Shown: positions 28,843 through 39,441, numbered from the stretch's first letter. The stretch: 64,000 nt of DNA from Bacteroidia bacterium (GCA_051861545.1 JBIMKP010000011.1:20299-84298); one strand, 5' to 3'. Notes: generated by a model from the letters alone, not told the origin. Numbers and translations are program-made.

Positions 28843-30699
28843 ATGAAACATCAAATCAAAATGAATCAATTCAAGTTTTCTTATTTCAAGCGCTTTAGTT
28901 TATTACTAATTTTCTGTTTTTTTCTGTTTGATTTTACCTCACTTAAAGCAGGCAGTTTAGATAGTTTATTGAAGGATGCTTTACAAGAGAAAGAACCCAA
29001 AAAACACAGTGAAAAGTATCTAACTTATATAAATAAATTGTCTGCTGAAAAAAGAGATTCAGCAGCAAAACTTCTTCTTATATATGAAGATGAATGTAAA
29101 ACTGAAAACTTTGATTTCGGAAGAGCTCGCTCAATGTCGTTAAGAGCTTGGTTTAAAAACTATGATGGCAAATATGAAGAAGGATTAAGGTTGTTGAGAG
29201 AAGCTGAAATCATTCATAAAAGTGTAAATGATTCTATTGGTTTAGCACTTACTTTTAATAGAATTGGTATTGTTAATCTTAGATACAAAAGGTATGATGA
29301 TGCTGTAAAATATGTAAATCTATCTTTGACTTATTATTTAAGGTTAAATGATAGCGTTAAAGTTGATGTTGCTTATAATAATCTGGGAACTATTTATGTA
29401 GAATTAGAGAAATTCGACAAAGCCATTGCGTATTTCAAAAAGACCATTGAAATGCGTAAAGCAAATCGAAATTATTATTGGTTAGGTTATGCTTATTACA
29501 ATACTGCAGAAGCTTTTTTAGGAATGCCTCAACTCGATAGTGCTGATTATTATTACCAATTATCCTTAAAGGTTTTCCAAGATTTAACAGAAACAGGCTC
29601 AGTTCCACCTATGGTTGATATGGGTGTTGGTCAGTTTTATTTTAAAAAGGGTGATTTAAAACAAGCCATTTTTTATGTTTCTAAGGGATTAAATAAAGCA
29701 AAAGAAATCGATCATAAAGAACTTATTCTTCAAGGTTCTGCATTGTTAAGTGATTTGTATGCAGAAAGCAAAGATTTTAAATCGGCTTATGAGGCACAGA
29801 ATGAATACTTGGAACTTAAGAATTATATTGATAGTACCAACAATTTTTCACAAATAACAGAGATAGAAGAAAAGTACAAAAATGCTGAAAAGGAGGTTGA
29901 AATAGAGCGTTTAAATTCTGCTAAACTTGATGCAGATAACAAAGCTCAGAATTTTCTTTTTTATACAATTGGACTACTATTTATCCTGATTTTGTCTGCT
30001 GCGCTACTTTGGATTTTCTGGCAAAAAAGAAATCAAACAGATAAAATAAAAAGGGCAGAAATGAATGCGAAAATTGCTGAAGCCAAAATGTTTGCTTTGA
30101 AGGCTCAAATGAATCCGCATTTTGTTTTTAATTGTATCAATACAGCTCAAAATTTTGTATTGAATAATAAAAAGGAACGTGCTTACGAATACCTTTCTGA
30201 TTTTGCCAAATTGCTAAGATTGGTAATGGAAAATTCTTCAAAACTTTATATTCCTATTGAAGATGAATTGCAGCAAATACGCTTGTATATTGAACTAGAA
30301 TCTATAAGATTTGAGAAACGTTTTGGATACCGAATTTTTGTTGACCCTGAGCTAGAAAATGGAGTGTATGAAATTCCAGGTATGATTTTACAACCTTTGA
30401 TAGAAAATGCTATTGGACATGGATTAATAAATCGTACAGAAGAGGGTGGGGAACTATTTCTTCAATTGAGTTTATCTGGTGAAAAGGTAATTTGTGAACT
30501 TAGCGATAATGGTGTTGGTAGGAAAAAGGCGGCTGAGATAAAAGCGAAAAAGAGTTTGCATTATAGTTCGGCAGCAATTCCCAATATCAAAGAAAGATTG
30601 ATTATGCTGGAGGGCCAATACAAATTAGAAATCATTGATTTAATGGATAAAGGAATCGCGCTTGGAACAAAAGTTATATTAGAATTGCCTTATAAATAG
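28843..30699 (+). CDS. TPR-containing LytS-type histidine kinase
   Basis: Periplasmic TPRs, TM helix, LKAQMNPHFVFN, QPLIENAIGHG, DNGVG. Confidence 0.93.
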   Translation: MKHQIKMNQFKFSYFKRFSLLLIFCFFLFDFTSLKAGSLDSLLKDALQEKEPKKHSEKYLTYINKLSAEKRDSAAKLLLIYEDECKTENFDFGRARSMSLRAWFKNYDGKYEEGLRLLREAEIIHKSVNDSIGLALTFNRIGIVNLRYKRYDDAVKYVNLSLTYYLRLNDSVKVDVAYNNLGTIYVELEKFDKAIAYFKKTIEMRKANRNYYWLGYAYYNTAEAFLGMPQLDSADYYYQLSLKVFQDLTETGSVPPMVDMGVGQFYFKKGDLKQAIFYVSKGLNKAKEIDHKELILQGSALLSDLYAESKDFKSAYEAQNEYLELKNYIDSTNNFSQITEIEEKYKNAEKEVEIERLNSAKLDADNKAQNFLFYTIGLLFILILSAALLWIFWQKRNQTDKIKRAEMNAKIAEAKMFALKAQMNPHFVFNCINTAQNFVLNNKKERAYEYLSDFAKLLRLVMENSSKLYIPIEDELQQIRLYIELESIRFEKRFGYRIFVDPELENGVYEIPGMILQPLIENAIGHGLINRTEEGGELFLQLSLSGEKVICELSDNGVGRKKAAEIKAKKSLHYSSAAIPNIKERLIMLEGQYKLEIIDLMDKGIALGTKVILELPYK

Positions 30700-30868
30700 T
30701 GCCTGTTTCTGTCTTTTTCAGCGTGCCCTAAATAGAATTTTCTATCAATTGGAAATTATCATTCACAAAGTCTGAATGATAGTTGATGGTCCCAAATGTG
30801 CTATCTACAAATTCTGGCGATTTTCTTTTTTTCATGAAAGTAGTTTTGAATCATAAATCAACACTATC

Positions 30869-32743
30869 ATGAAACAATTTATCCTTACTTCATTTCTTTG
30901 TTTTTTGGCTCTTATCAGCTTAAAAGCACAAACAGGTTCTTTTAATAAAGTTGTTTTGTTTAATGGCGAAACCCGACAAATCTCTTTTTATGTTCCAACA
31001 AATTACGATTCTACGAAACAAGTTGGCTTGGTAGTTTGCTTACATGGTTTGGGTGATAACTCCTCAAATTTTAGGAATGCTGCGATTAATTCGCTGAAAT
31101 GGCACACTATTTTTTCGAATTCTATTTTGGTTTTTCCTGATGGTGGAAACGATGCCAATAGCGATTTTTATGCGCCTTTAGGTGATGAATCTTTTATAGA
31201 AACCGCTATCAATTATTGCAAGAATAACTACAATATCAATTCTAATGATGTTATTTTACAAGGCTTCTCATTAGGCGGAAGAAGTGCTTTGAAGTATGGT
31301 TTAGATTATCCAACTTCTTTTAAGGCTTTGTTGCTGAATACGCCAGCTTTACAAGGATTGTTGGATTTGCAAAATAAGCCCAATATAAGTTTGGGTTATC
31401 AATTTGAAAATGCTTCATCATTGCCTATTTTTATTTCTGTAGGTACCGCCGATGATGCTTATTTTAGTCTGAATGAACAATTAGCTTATAAGCTGAAATT
31501 GTATAAAGCTCCAGTTTATTTCCAGAAGATAAACGGCATGGGACATACTATTGCGGTGAATGCTCAAATTAGGAAATGTTTGAATTTCTTCGAACAAAAA
31601 GCTGTTTTAGCAAAAGACATTGAGTTGTTTGATGTAACATCTCCGCTTAATGTTTGTTCCAATACTTTTATGGCTGATTGTTTCATTAGGAACAATGGTG
31701 CATCAAACATACAAAGCTTTAAAATCAAACTAAAAATAGGTGAACAATTGATTGAAAAATCGATGGATATTTTAATTAAACCGAATGATTTTGTAAAGAT
31801 TCCCGTAGAAGTTTTAGTTATTGATAAAAACCAAAATTCTTTTGCTGTTTCTGTTGTTTTTATAGATGATGATTCAACAAATAATTTCATTACAAAATCC
31901 ATCAGTTTAAAGTCAATTAGCCAAGAAGCTATTATTAAAGATGGTTTCGAGAATTTAAATAATTGGGCCATTCAAAAATCTGGAAGTTTGTTTGAATGGT
32001 ATTTAGATGATGTGACAAAAAAATCAGGAAACAAATCTTTGGGTTCATTTAATACCATTCTGTATTTTAATACTTTAAATAGTGTTGAATCGGTAGTTTC
32101 GAAGGCTATTGATTTAAGTAAAATCGACAAGAAAACTTTGAGTTTTGATGTAGCTTTTAATTATACCAAATATACGCCGCCTTATTTTTCTAAAGAGACC
32201 AATTTTTCAGATTCATTAGAACTTCAAATATCTACTGATTGCGGAAACACTTTTCAAACCATTTACAAAAAGGGCGGAAAAGAATTAGCAACAACAGCCG
32301 AACCCATGTTGAATCCATTGAATATTTCACAACTTGATTTCAATCCAACAAATGAAGAATGGAGAAGAGAAATTATAGACTTAAAGAATTATGCTTCTAG
32401 TTTAAATGCCATTTTTAAAATCAATTGTATCTCTGGAATGGGTGGTGTGCTCAATATCGATAATTTATCTTTTGGTGAAGATGTAATGTCTGTGAAACAA
32501 GTTAGAAGGGAAGAAAAGAATTTTACACTGTATCCTAATCCTGCAAGTGATTTCATTTCTTTTGATTTAGATGATGTGAATGCAATTGAAATATTTGATG
32601 CTCAAGGTAGATTGGTTCTTCAATCATCACAAAATCTCGATTCTAAAAGTCTTTCTGTTCATGCTTTACAAAACGGACTTTATACCCTAAAATTGATTGG
32701 TAATGATTTCAATGCTATAAAGAATTTATTGATTCAACATTAA
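30869..32743 (+). CDS. T9SS-secreted esterase (alpha/beta hydrolase)
   Basis: CLHGLG and GFSLG motifs; C-terminal LYPNPA...GLYTLK T9SS sorting domain. TAGTTTTG promoter at 30841-30848. Confidence 0.85.
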   Translation: MKQFILTSFLCFLALISLKAQTGSFNKVVLFNGETRQISFYVPTNYDSTKQVGLVVCLHGLGDNSSNFRNAAINSLKWHTIFSNSILVFPDGGNDANSDFYAPLGDESFIETAINYCKNNYNINSNDVILQGFSLGGRSALKYGLDYPTSFKALLLNTPALQGLLDLQNKPNISLGYQFENASSLPIFISVGTADDAYFSLNEQLAYKLKLYKAPVYFQKINGMGHTIAVNAQIRKCLNFFEQKAVLAKDIELFDVTSPLNVCSNTFMADCFIRNNGASNIQSFKIKLKIGEQLIEKSMDILIKPNDFVKIPVEVLVIDKNQNSFAVSVVFIDDDSTNNFITKSISLKSISQEAIIKDGFENLNNWAIQKSGSLFEWYLDDVTKKSGNKSLGSFNTILYFNTLNSVESVVSKAIDLSKIDKKTLSFDVAFNYTKYTPPYFSKETNFSDSLELQISTDCGNTFQTIYKKGGKELATTAEPMLNPLNISQLDFNPTNEEWRREIIDLKNYASSLNAIFKINCISGMGGVLNIDNLSFGEDVMSVKQVRREEKNFTLYPNPASDFISFDLDDVNAIEIFDAQGRLVLQSSQNLDSKSLSVHALQNGLYTLKLIGNDFNAIKNLLIQH

Positions 32744-32754
32744 TTTTTAAAAAC

Positions 32755-33381
32755 ATGTTTTACAAAAGAGTTCTAACAAGTATAGGTCTTTTAGGCATAT
32801 TGATTTTTGTTTCTTGCAGTGCAAATAAAACCGAAAATGCTACATTAACTAAAATCTATAAAGCTGATTTTTATGATTCAAGAAACAAGCTAGTACAATC
32901 TGATTCATTGGTTTACCAAGAATATGATGAAACCTTTTTGCTGGTTCAAAATAAGATTACATGGGATGTATTTCGAACTACCCAAGTCAATTCAACTACC
33001 CAAACAATAAAACATCAAACAGAAACTACAGGAATTGTTAAATCTAAGCAAGAGCTTTGGTTACATCCACCAAGGTTTAAGGCTTATGTTGATTTTACAG
33101 AATTCTCGGCTTTCCCAAGAGTGAAATTGCCTTTAAAGGATTCACTACAATACAAGTCGAAATTGGACTTAGGTACATACGCTTCTAAAGAAAATGGAAC
33201 AGAGGTTTTATCAACTTACGAACTTGTAAAAGCGGATTCTAATTACATTGTGAAAACAAAATCAACAAGCTTAAAAGGCATTTTTTATTCTGATTTTATT
33301 TACAATGAAAAAGCTGGTTTTAGTAGATTTCAATATATAAATCCAAAAGGAGAACAATTAATTATTCATCAAATAAAATAA
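32755..33381 (+). CDS. Hypothetical lipoprotein
   Basis: Lipobox FVSC; WLHPPR motif. Confidence 0.7.
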   Translation: MFYKRVLTSIGLLGILIFVSCSANKTENATLTKIYKADFYDSRNKLVQSDSLVYQEYDETFLLVQNKITWDVFRTTQVNSTTQTIKHQTETTGIVKSKQELWLHPPRFKAYVDFTEFSAFPRVKLPLKDSLQYKSKLDLGTYASKENGTEVLSTYELVKADSNYIVKTKSTSLKGIFYSDFIYNEKAGFSRFQYINPKGEQLIIHQIK

Positions 33382-33388
33382 GTACATC

Positions 33389-33853
33389 ATGGCAAAAATA
33401 ATTTTTAAAAGAACCCATCAGTGGGCTAATAAATTCAGAAATATTGAAGTTGATATCAATGGTTTAAAGAAACTTTCTATAGCTGATGGACAGGAACAAC
33501 AAGTAGAAGTTGAAGCCGGAAAAATTGCGCTTTCTGCAAAAATAGATTGGACAAAAAGCCCGATTTTGGAACTGGAACTTGCTGAAAACGAAACTAAAAT
33601 TATTCACTTGGGCTGCAATGTAGAATTTGGCCTTTTGGAAAAAATATTAACAGGTTTGAGTTTTGCTGTCTTAATAACATCAGTTTATTTCTTTGGTGAG
33701 ATACCTTTTAAGTCGTGGTTGGCACTTCTATCTCTTTGGCTGATAAGGGATTTGGTGATTACAAAAGGTAAATCTATTTTCTATTATTTGAGTATTGGTC
33801 GCGATAAATATTTGTACCTAAAGCCCTTAAATGAGCGCACAAAATTGGCTTAA
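33389..33853 (+). CDS. Hypothetical membrane protein
   Basis: N-terminal beta domain (AKIDW) plus two C-terminal TM helices. Confidence 0.7.
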   Translation: MAKIIFKRTHQWANKFRNIEVDINGLKKLSIADGQEQQVEVEAGKIALSAKIDWTKSPILELELAENETKIIHLGCNVEFGLLEKILTGLSFAVLITSVYFFGEIPFKSWLALLSLWLIRDLVITKGKSIFYYLSIGRDKYLYLKPLNERTKLA

Positions 33854-33934
33854 AAATCAGTTTGGGAAGAATTCCTGGTTTTGTATTAAAAGTTTTTGGT
33901 TTTCTTTGCCGCCTCAACATTTTAGCTAAAGATT

Positions 33935-34804
33935 TTGGAATTACCTAAAGGAAAGCTCATCTCCATTGGCGGAGCAGAGGATAAAGGAACCGATTTAGAA
34001 ACAGGATTTGTACAAAGAAACCGTCTTAATTTTTTTGAATTAGGCATTCTAAAAAGAATTGTGGATGAAGTAGGTGGTCCCGAAAAACGAATTGAAGTTA
34101 TTACAACCGCATCTTCTATTCCAGAAGAAGTGGGTGAAAACTACTTGGGTGCTTTTGGGAAAATTGGTTGTACCAATATTGGTATCATGCACATTAAAAA
34201 ACGCGAAGAAGTTACTATTCCTGAGTATATCGAAAGAATTAAAGCTTGTGATGCAGTGATGTTTTCTGGTGGTGACCAATTGCGTTTGACTAGCATTTTT
34301 GGAGGTACCGAAATCTACCAAATTCTTCACGATCGTTTTAATGACGAAGATGGATTTATTGTAGCAGGAACCAGCGCAGGTGCAATGGCCATGAGTAATA
34401 CCATGATTTACCAAGGGAAAAGCGATTTAGCTCACTTAAAAGGTGAAGTAAAATTAACTACAGGTTTGGCTTTCATTGGTAATGTTATCATCGATTCACA
34501 TTTTGATAAAAGAGGTAGATTCAATCGTTTAGCACAAGCTGTTGCTAGCAATCCTCAGTGTATTGGAATTGGTTTGGGTGAAGATACTGGAGTGATTATT
34601 ACAGCTGGAAACCGATTAGAAGTAGTAGGAAGTGGCGCTGTTGTTATTGTAGATGGAAGAGATATTCGTCATACCAATATCACTGATGTTTCTATTGGAG
34701 AACCTATTTCTGTTGAAAACATTAAAGTGAATATTTTGGTAAGAGGAAATGCTTATTTGTTAAAGGAAAGAAAATTTGAAGTAGAAGCTGTTCATGCTTC
34801 TTAA
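33935..34804 (+). CDS. cphB: Cyanophycinase
   Basis: IGGAEDK, FSGGDQLRL, GTSAGA nucleophile, DSHF and GLGEDTG motifs; TTG start. Confidence 0.96.
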   Translation: MELPKGKLISIGGAEDKGTDLETGFVQRNRLNFFELGILKRIVDEVGGPEKRIEVITTASSIPEEVGENYLGAFGKIGCTNIGIMHIKKREEVTIPEYIERIKACDAVMFSGGDQLRLTSIFGGTEIYQILHDRFNDEDGFIVAGTSAGAMAMSNTMIYQGKSDLAHLKGEVKLTTGLAFIGNVIIDSHFDKRGRFNRLAQAVASNPQCIGIGLGEDTGVIITAGNRLEVVGSGAVVIVDGRDIRHTNITDVSIGEPISVENIKVNILVRGNAYLLKERKFEVEAVHAS

Positions 34805-34822
34805 TATTTAATAACTTGATAA

Positions 34823-34858
34823 TGTACCGATAAGGAATTTCTACAACTTATCGGTACA
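34823..34858. terminator. 12-bp hairpin between convergent cphB and iaaA
   Basis: tgtaccgataag-N12-cttatcggtaca. Confidence 0.7.
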
Positions 34859-34981
34859 ATTTATAAAAATTGATGGCGTTTTAAAACCATGTCAATTTTC
34901 AACTTATCAGGACTTATCGTTCAATTATTTGTATTGGGATTTTTCATTTACCTGTTTTTTCAAACGAGTAAGAGGGCTTAA

Positions 34982-35932
34982 TTACCTGTAAATCTCAATT
35001 TGTTCGCCATTTTCGGAATGTTTATAGCCTCTGTACATTCCTTCCGAGTTAAAACTCATACAGATGTTTCCTTTTGCATCTAAAGCTACCAAGCCTCCTT
35101 CACCACCCAGTTCCACCAATTTCTTGTTTACAACCTCCTCACAGGCATCATTTAGGTTTAAACCCTTGTATTCCATTAAACAACTTACATCGTAAGCTAC
35201 AACGGCTCTAATGAAATATTCACCATGTCCAGTACAACTTACTGCACATGTTTTGTTATTGGCATAAGTTCCAGCTCCAATCATGGGTGTATCACCAACA
35301 CGACCATATTTTTTGTTTGTCATGCCACCAGTTGATGTTGCTGCTGAAATATTTCCATTGATGTCTAATGCAACAGCTCCAACAGTACCAAATTTCTTTT
35401 CACCTGTTTCTTGTTTGTCTGAATGATCAAGCTGGTAAGAATCGCTGTCTTTTACATCTTGCCATTGTTTGTATCTGCCTGCTTCATAAAAATAGCTATC
35501 ATCTTCCAATTTTAGTCCCATTGTTTGGGCATAGTTTTCTGCATCTTGTCCGCTTAAAAACACATGGCCAGATTTTTCTTTAATCACTCTGGCAAACTGA
35601 ACCGGATTTTTAACATGACTGATTCCTGATACCGCACCAGCCTCTAAATTAGAACCATCCATAATGCTGGCATCCATTTCGTGGGTTCCTTTATTGGTAA
35701 AAACCGCACCTTTTCCTGCATTAAACAATGGGAAATCTTCTAAAGCACTTACTGCAGCTTCAACGGCATCTAAACTACTACCACCATTTTCAAGTATTTG
35801 ATAACCTGCATCTAAAGCAGCTTTTAAACCTGATTTGTACTCTTTTTCTTTTGCCTCTGTCATAAGCGTTTTAAGGATGGTTCCTGCTCCACCATGAATT
35901 ACAATGCAAAAGGGCTTTTTCGATTCTTCCAT
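34982..35932 (-). CDS. iaaA: Isoaspartyl peptidase / plant-type L-asparaginase (Ntn hydrolase)
   Basis: IHGGAG, FNAGKG, G/TVGAVA autocleavage site, TSTGG, GRVGD and TGHGE motifs. Confidence 0.93.
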   Translation of the reverse strand: MEESKKPFCIVIHGGAGTILKTLMTEAKEKEYKSGLKAALDAGYQILENGGSSLDAVEAAVSALEDFPLFNAGKGAVFTNKGTHEMDASIMDGSNLEAGAVSGISHVKNPVQFARVIKEKSGHVFLSGQDAENYAQTMGLKLEDDSYFYEAGRYKQWQDVKDSDSYQLDHSDKQETGEKKFGTVGAVALDINGNISAATSTGGMTNKKYGRVGDTPMIGAGTYANNKTCAVSCTGHGEYFIRAVVAYDVSCLMEYKGLNLNDACEEVVNKKLVELGGEGGLVALDAKGNICMSFNSEGMYRGYKHSENGEQIEIYR

Positions 35933-36330
35933 TTGACAAAATTCCTCAATAAAAGGGAATTGCCAAATATTCGACCAAAATCTTATTGAAATTATTGTAG
36001 AATCAAGTTAAAATAAAAGTGCGACATTTTGCAAATTTTCAGCTTTATCTGTTTCAGTTTGGGAAATTGCGACATTTTTCGTTTTGTGGTTTTTGAAAGA
36101 TTTCGCTGTGAATTTTGCAAATTTTTCTGTTCGTAGCCGATACTTGACATATTTGGCGATAAAATCAGGTTCGTTTTAAGTATAAATTCACAAACTCGGA
36201 GTGCGACATTTTAGGAATATTGCCTTAAAATGAGGTTTTTGACAGAAAGTAGGAACTTATTAAATGTTGTTTTATTCTATACTAACATTCAGCTGACTTG
36301 TATTAACTTCGACTTATATTATTTGTAACA

Positions 36331-37482
36331 ATGACCAATTATTATAAACCCAAATCAATTATCACCTTGCTGTTGGTTTTACTTTTTTTGACATCTTGTA
36401 ATGCTCAAAACAATACTCCAACAAAAACTGTAGAGCAAATTGAAAACATATCAAAGCCAATTGGTCAGACTAGATTAATCAATAAGCAAGGCAAAAAAGC
36501 AAATGACAATGTTCAGTGTGGTTTGCAGGATAAATCAGGTAATCTTTGGTTTGGTACAACTGGAGCAGGTGTATACCGATTTGATGGTAAACTCTTTTTC
36601 AATTACACAACAAATGAGGGTTTAAGCAACAATACAGTTTGGTCGATTTTGGAAGATAGTGATGGTAATATTTGGTTTGGAACCGACAATGGTATTTCTC
36701 GTTTTGATGCTTCTCGAATGAATGGTAATGGTAAGCAGGAAAAAGCAATAGAAATTATTGCTCTCCCGCTAAATAAGGAGAATACTAATTACTCAAATAA
36801 TAATGCTATTAAAAGTTCTATTTATAAGAACTCAGTTTGGAGTATGTTTCAAGACAAAAAGGGTACAATTTGGTTTGGTACTGACGAGGGTTTATATTGC
36901 TATGATGGAAAAGTATTTACAAGTTTTCTCGATAATCCAAATATCATAAATCATGGTGGTCATTCTTTAAAGAATTTGCAATGTATGTTTGAAGATAAAC
37001 ATGGAAATATGTGGTTTGGTTCAGGATTTCCGGCTTTTGAAGGCATTTTTCGTTTTGATGGTAAAACTGTTGAGAATTTTAGACCAAAAAATGAGGATTG
37101 GATTCGTATAATCACTGAGGATAAAAACGGGAGTATATTATTTTGCACAAGACACAATGGAGTTCAGGCTTTTGATGGACAGAAGTTTACAAACTATTCT
37201 CAGCCGCTAAAATTAAGGAATGACCTGTTGAATTGTATTTTCGTAGATAAGCAAAAAAATATCTGGTATGGATCAGACTATATAAACGATAACGACTTCA
37301 CCAAAGGAGGAGTTTGGAAGTACGATGGAAAATTGTTTGTAGAATTTACAATGTATGATGGTTTGGCTAATACTTCACCTTATTTAATTATGGAAGATAG
37401 AGCTGGTAACATTTGGTTTGGTACAAGAAATACAGGTTTGTTCAAATATGATGGTAAAGCCTTTACCAATTATTCTGAATAA
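36331..37482 (+). CDS. Lipoprotein with Reg_prop (two-component regulator propeller) repeats
   Basis: Lipobox LTSC; repeated EDxxGNIWFGTxxG units. Confidence 0.85.
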   Translation: MTNYYKPKSIITLLLVLLFLTSCNAQNNTPTKTVEQIENISKPIGQTRLINKQGKKANDNVQCGLQDKSGNLWFGTTGAGVYRFDGKLFFNYTTNEGLSNNTVWSILEDSDGNIWFGTDNGISRFDASRMNGNGKQEKAIEIIALPLNKENTNYSNNNAIKSSIYKNSVWSMFQDKKGTIWFGTDEGLYCYDGKVFTSFLDNPNIINHGGHSLKNLQCMFEDKHGNMWFGSGFPAFEGIFRFDGKTVENFRPKNEDWIRIITEDKNGSILFCTRHNGVQAFDGQKFTNYSQPLKLRNDLLNCIFVDKQKNIWYGSDYINDNDFTKGGVWKYDGKLFVEFTMYDGLANTSPYLIMEDRAGNIWFGTRNTGLFKYDGKAFTNYSE

Positions 37483-37568
37483 GAAACTTTGCTTTTAAAC
37501 AAACATGAAATAAAGAAAATTTCAGTCATGTTTTTAGCTTGTTTCAAAGCTCAATTTTAGTTTTTAAT

Positions 37569-38582
37569 TTACCTCGGAAATCCGTTTTGGTTATTTCTTA
37601 AAAAGCTTTCATCGCTTAAGGTTTTTAGAAAAGAGATGATATTGGATTTGTCTTCTGAGCTAAGTTGAATTTTCTTCTTTAGGTTCTTTGATAAGGTTTT
37701 ACTATCAAAAATATTGTTTGAATAATGGAAGAGGACCATTTCTAAATTCTGATACCTGCCATCGTGCATATAAGGGTAGGAGAACTCAATGTTTCTTATA
37801 CTAGGTACTTTGAATTTATACAAATCGCTTTCTTTTTGGCTGATTTTTTTTCTGCCAATATCATTCAAGTTTGTATCAGGTTCCAATCCGTTGTTTTCAA
37901 ATTCATTATTGGTAAACAAGGGCTCTGTATGACAAACAGCACAATTCGATTTGAATAATTCGTATCCTTTGGCTTCAGCTTCAGTAAAGCTAAATCCCGG
38001 TTCTTTTCTTTGTACTTTATCGTATTTAGAATTCGAACTTACCAAAGTGAGCATAAATTGTGATATAGCTTTCAAAGTTCTTTCTCCTGTAACTAAACTA
38101 TCTCCATAAGCTTGAGCAAATAGCTTTTTGTACCTGTTTTTCTTTTGTAAACGATTAACAACATCAGCGATATTACTGCCCATTTCGTCGGGATGTGAAA
38201 TGGGTGCCAATGCTTGTGCATCTAAATGGTGAATGGCTCCATCCCACATAAAACTTTTTTGCCAAGCCAGATTCATTAATGCAGGCGAATTTCTGGTCCC
38301 GATTCTATCTTCAATTCCATGACTCAAAGTATGATCGGTATGCGTAAAAGCTGTAAAAGGTGAATGACAAGAGGAGCAAGAAACACTGTTATCTGCCGAT
38401 AAAATAGGGTCGTAAAAAAGTGTTCTTCCCAAAAATATCTTCTCTTTTGTTAAAGGATTTTTACTGAAATCGTAATTCGGTTTAGGCCAGTTTTGAGGAA
38501 CATTAAATAGGCCTTCATCGGGTAATTTAAAAGCAGCCAAAACAACCATTATCAAACAAAGAAATACAAGACTTTTTTTCAT
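37569..38582 (-). CDS. Di-heme cytochrome c peroxidase / MbnH-like protein
   Basis: CSSCH and CAVCH heme motifs; RNSPAL, FMWDG, FKVPSIRN and PYMHDG motifs. Confidence 0.9.
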   Translation of the reverse strand: MKKSLVFLCLIMVVLAAFKLPDEGLFNVPQNWPKPNYDFSKNPLTKEKIFLGRTLFYDPILSADNSVSCSSCHSPFTAFTHTDHTLSHGIEDRIGTRNSPALMNLAWQKSFMWDGAIHHLDAQALAPISHPDEMGSNIADVVNRLQKKNRYKKLFAQAYGDSLVTGERTLKAISQFMLTLVSSNSKYDKVQRKEPGFSFTEAEAKGYELFKSNCAVCHTEPLFTNNEFENNGLEPDTNLNDIGRKKISQKESDLYKFKVPSIRNIEFSYPYMHDGRYQNLEMVLFHYSNNIFDSKTLSKNLKKKIQLSSEDKSNIISFLKTLSDESFLRNNQNGFPR

Positions 38583-39256
38583 TTGAAAGATTGGGCTAAA
38601 TTCTTTGAAAGCTTCACTGCCATTGAGCTTGGACTCATCACCTCAGCTTTATTTTCAATGGGAAGTTTAGAAACGAAATCTTCGAGATTAAATACGATTT
38701 CTATCTTATTAGAAAAGCTTCGTTTTAGAATGATTTGTTGCACACATAAATAGGGTTCCAAATATCCTCCTAAATGATAAGAGAAACTTCCTGTTTTGTT
38801 TTTAGAAAGACTGCTTTTTCCTTCAATCTTAAAATTGATATAACCACTATGCCAGGTCCAATACATGCCATGTACAGGATCTAAATCACCACCCATAATG
38901 CCAGAAACATTGGTGCTGCTATCAATTCCAATATTCATCCTGATTTCATCAAATTGAATATCATTTCTCTTTAAAGAAAAAGATAAACTCAAACTATCAT
39001 TTAAATTGATGAGATGAAAACTATTATCTTCTTTATAAACCAAATTTCCTTTTTTATAGAGTTCAATTTCAGAAAGATAAAATTTGCAAAGGCTAATTTG
39101 AAAGGAATCGTTTTTAGTAGAGTGAAAATATTTCTTTAGGATTTGAAACTCATCATCTCCCCAAACAGGCCTCAGGCGCAAGTTTTGCGCAGCTCCGTTT
39201 TTGGGAAGCAGGATATAAATCAAACCGAAAAGAAAAAAAATGAATTTAATTTTCAT
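38579..39256 (-). CDS. MbnP family copper-binding protein
   Basis: GMYWTWHSGYINFKIEG (WxW) and YHLGG motifs; overlaps the di-heme gene. Confidence 0.85.
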   Translation of the reverse strand: MKIKFIFFLFGLIYILLPKNGAAQNLRLRPVWGDDEFQILKKYFHSTKNDSFQISLCKFYLSEIELYKKGNLVYKEDNSFHLINLNDSLSLSFSLKRNDIQFDEIRMNIGIDSSTNVSGIMGGDLDPVHGMYWTWHSGYINFKIEGKSSLSKNKTGSFSYHLGGYLEPYLCVQQIILKRSFSNKIEIVFNLEDFVSKLPIENKAEVMSPSSMAVKLSKNLAQSFK

Positions 39257-39345
39257 GTAGGAATAAGGTAGACAAAAGAAGGTAAATTCCTACTGTATGA
39301 AAAGGGTTGATTAAGTTTAAAGTATTTTAATTCGTTGTTTTACCT

Positions 39346-39395
39346 AAAAAAAAATTGTGCTATAAAATCTAAACTTTGATTTTATAGCACAATTT
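39346..39395 (-). terminator. Intrinsic terminator
   Basis: aaattgtgctataaaatc-N8-gattttatagcacaattt with a U-tract on the minus strand. Confidence 0.8.
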
Positions 39396-39441
39396 CGAAC
39401 TTGATTTTTTTTAATTAACTAAAATCTAGATGATTAAGTTT

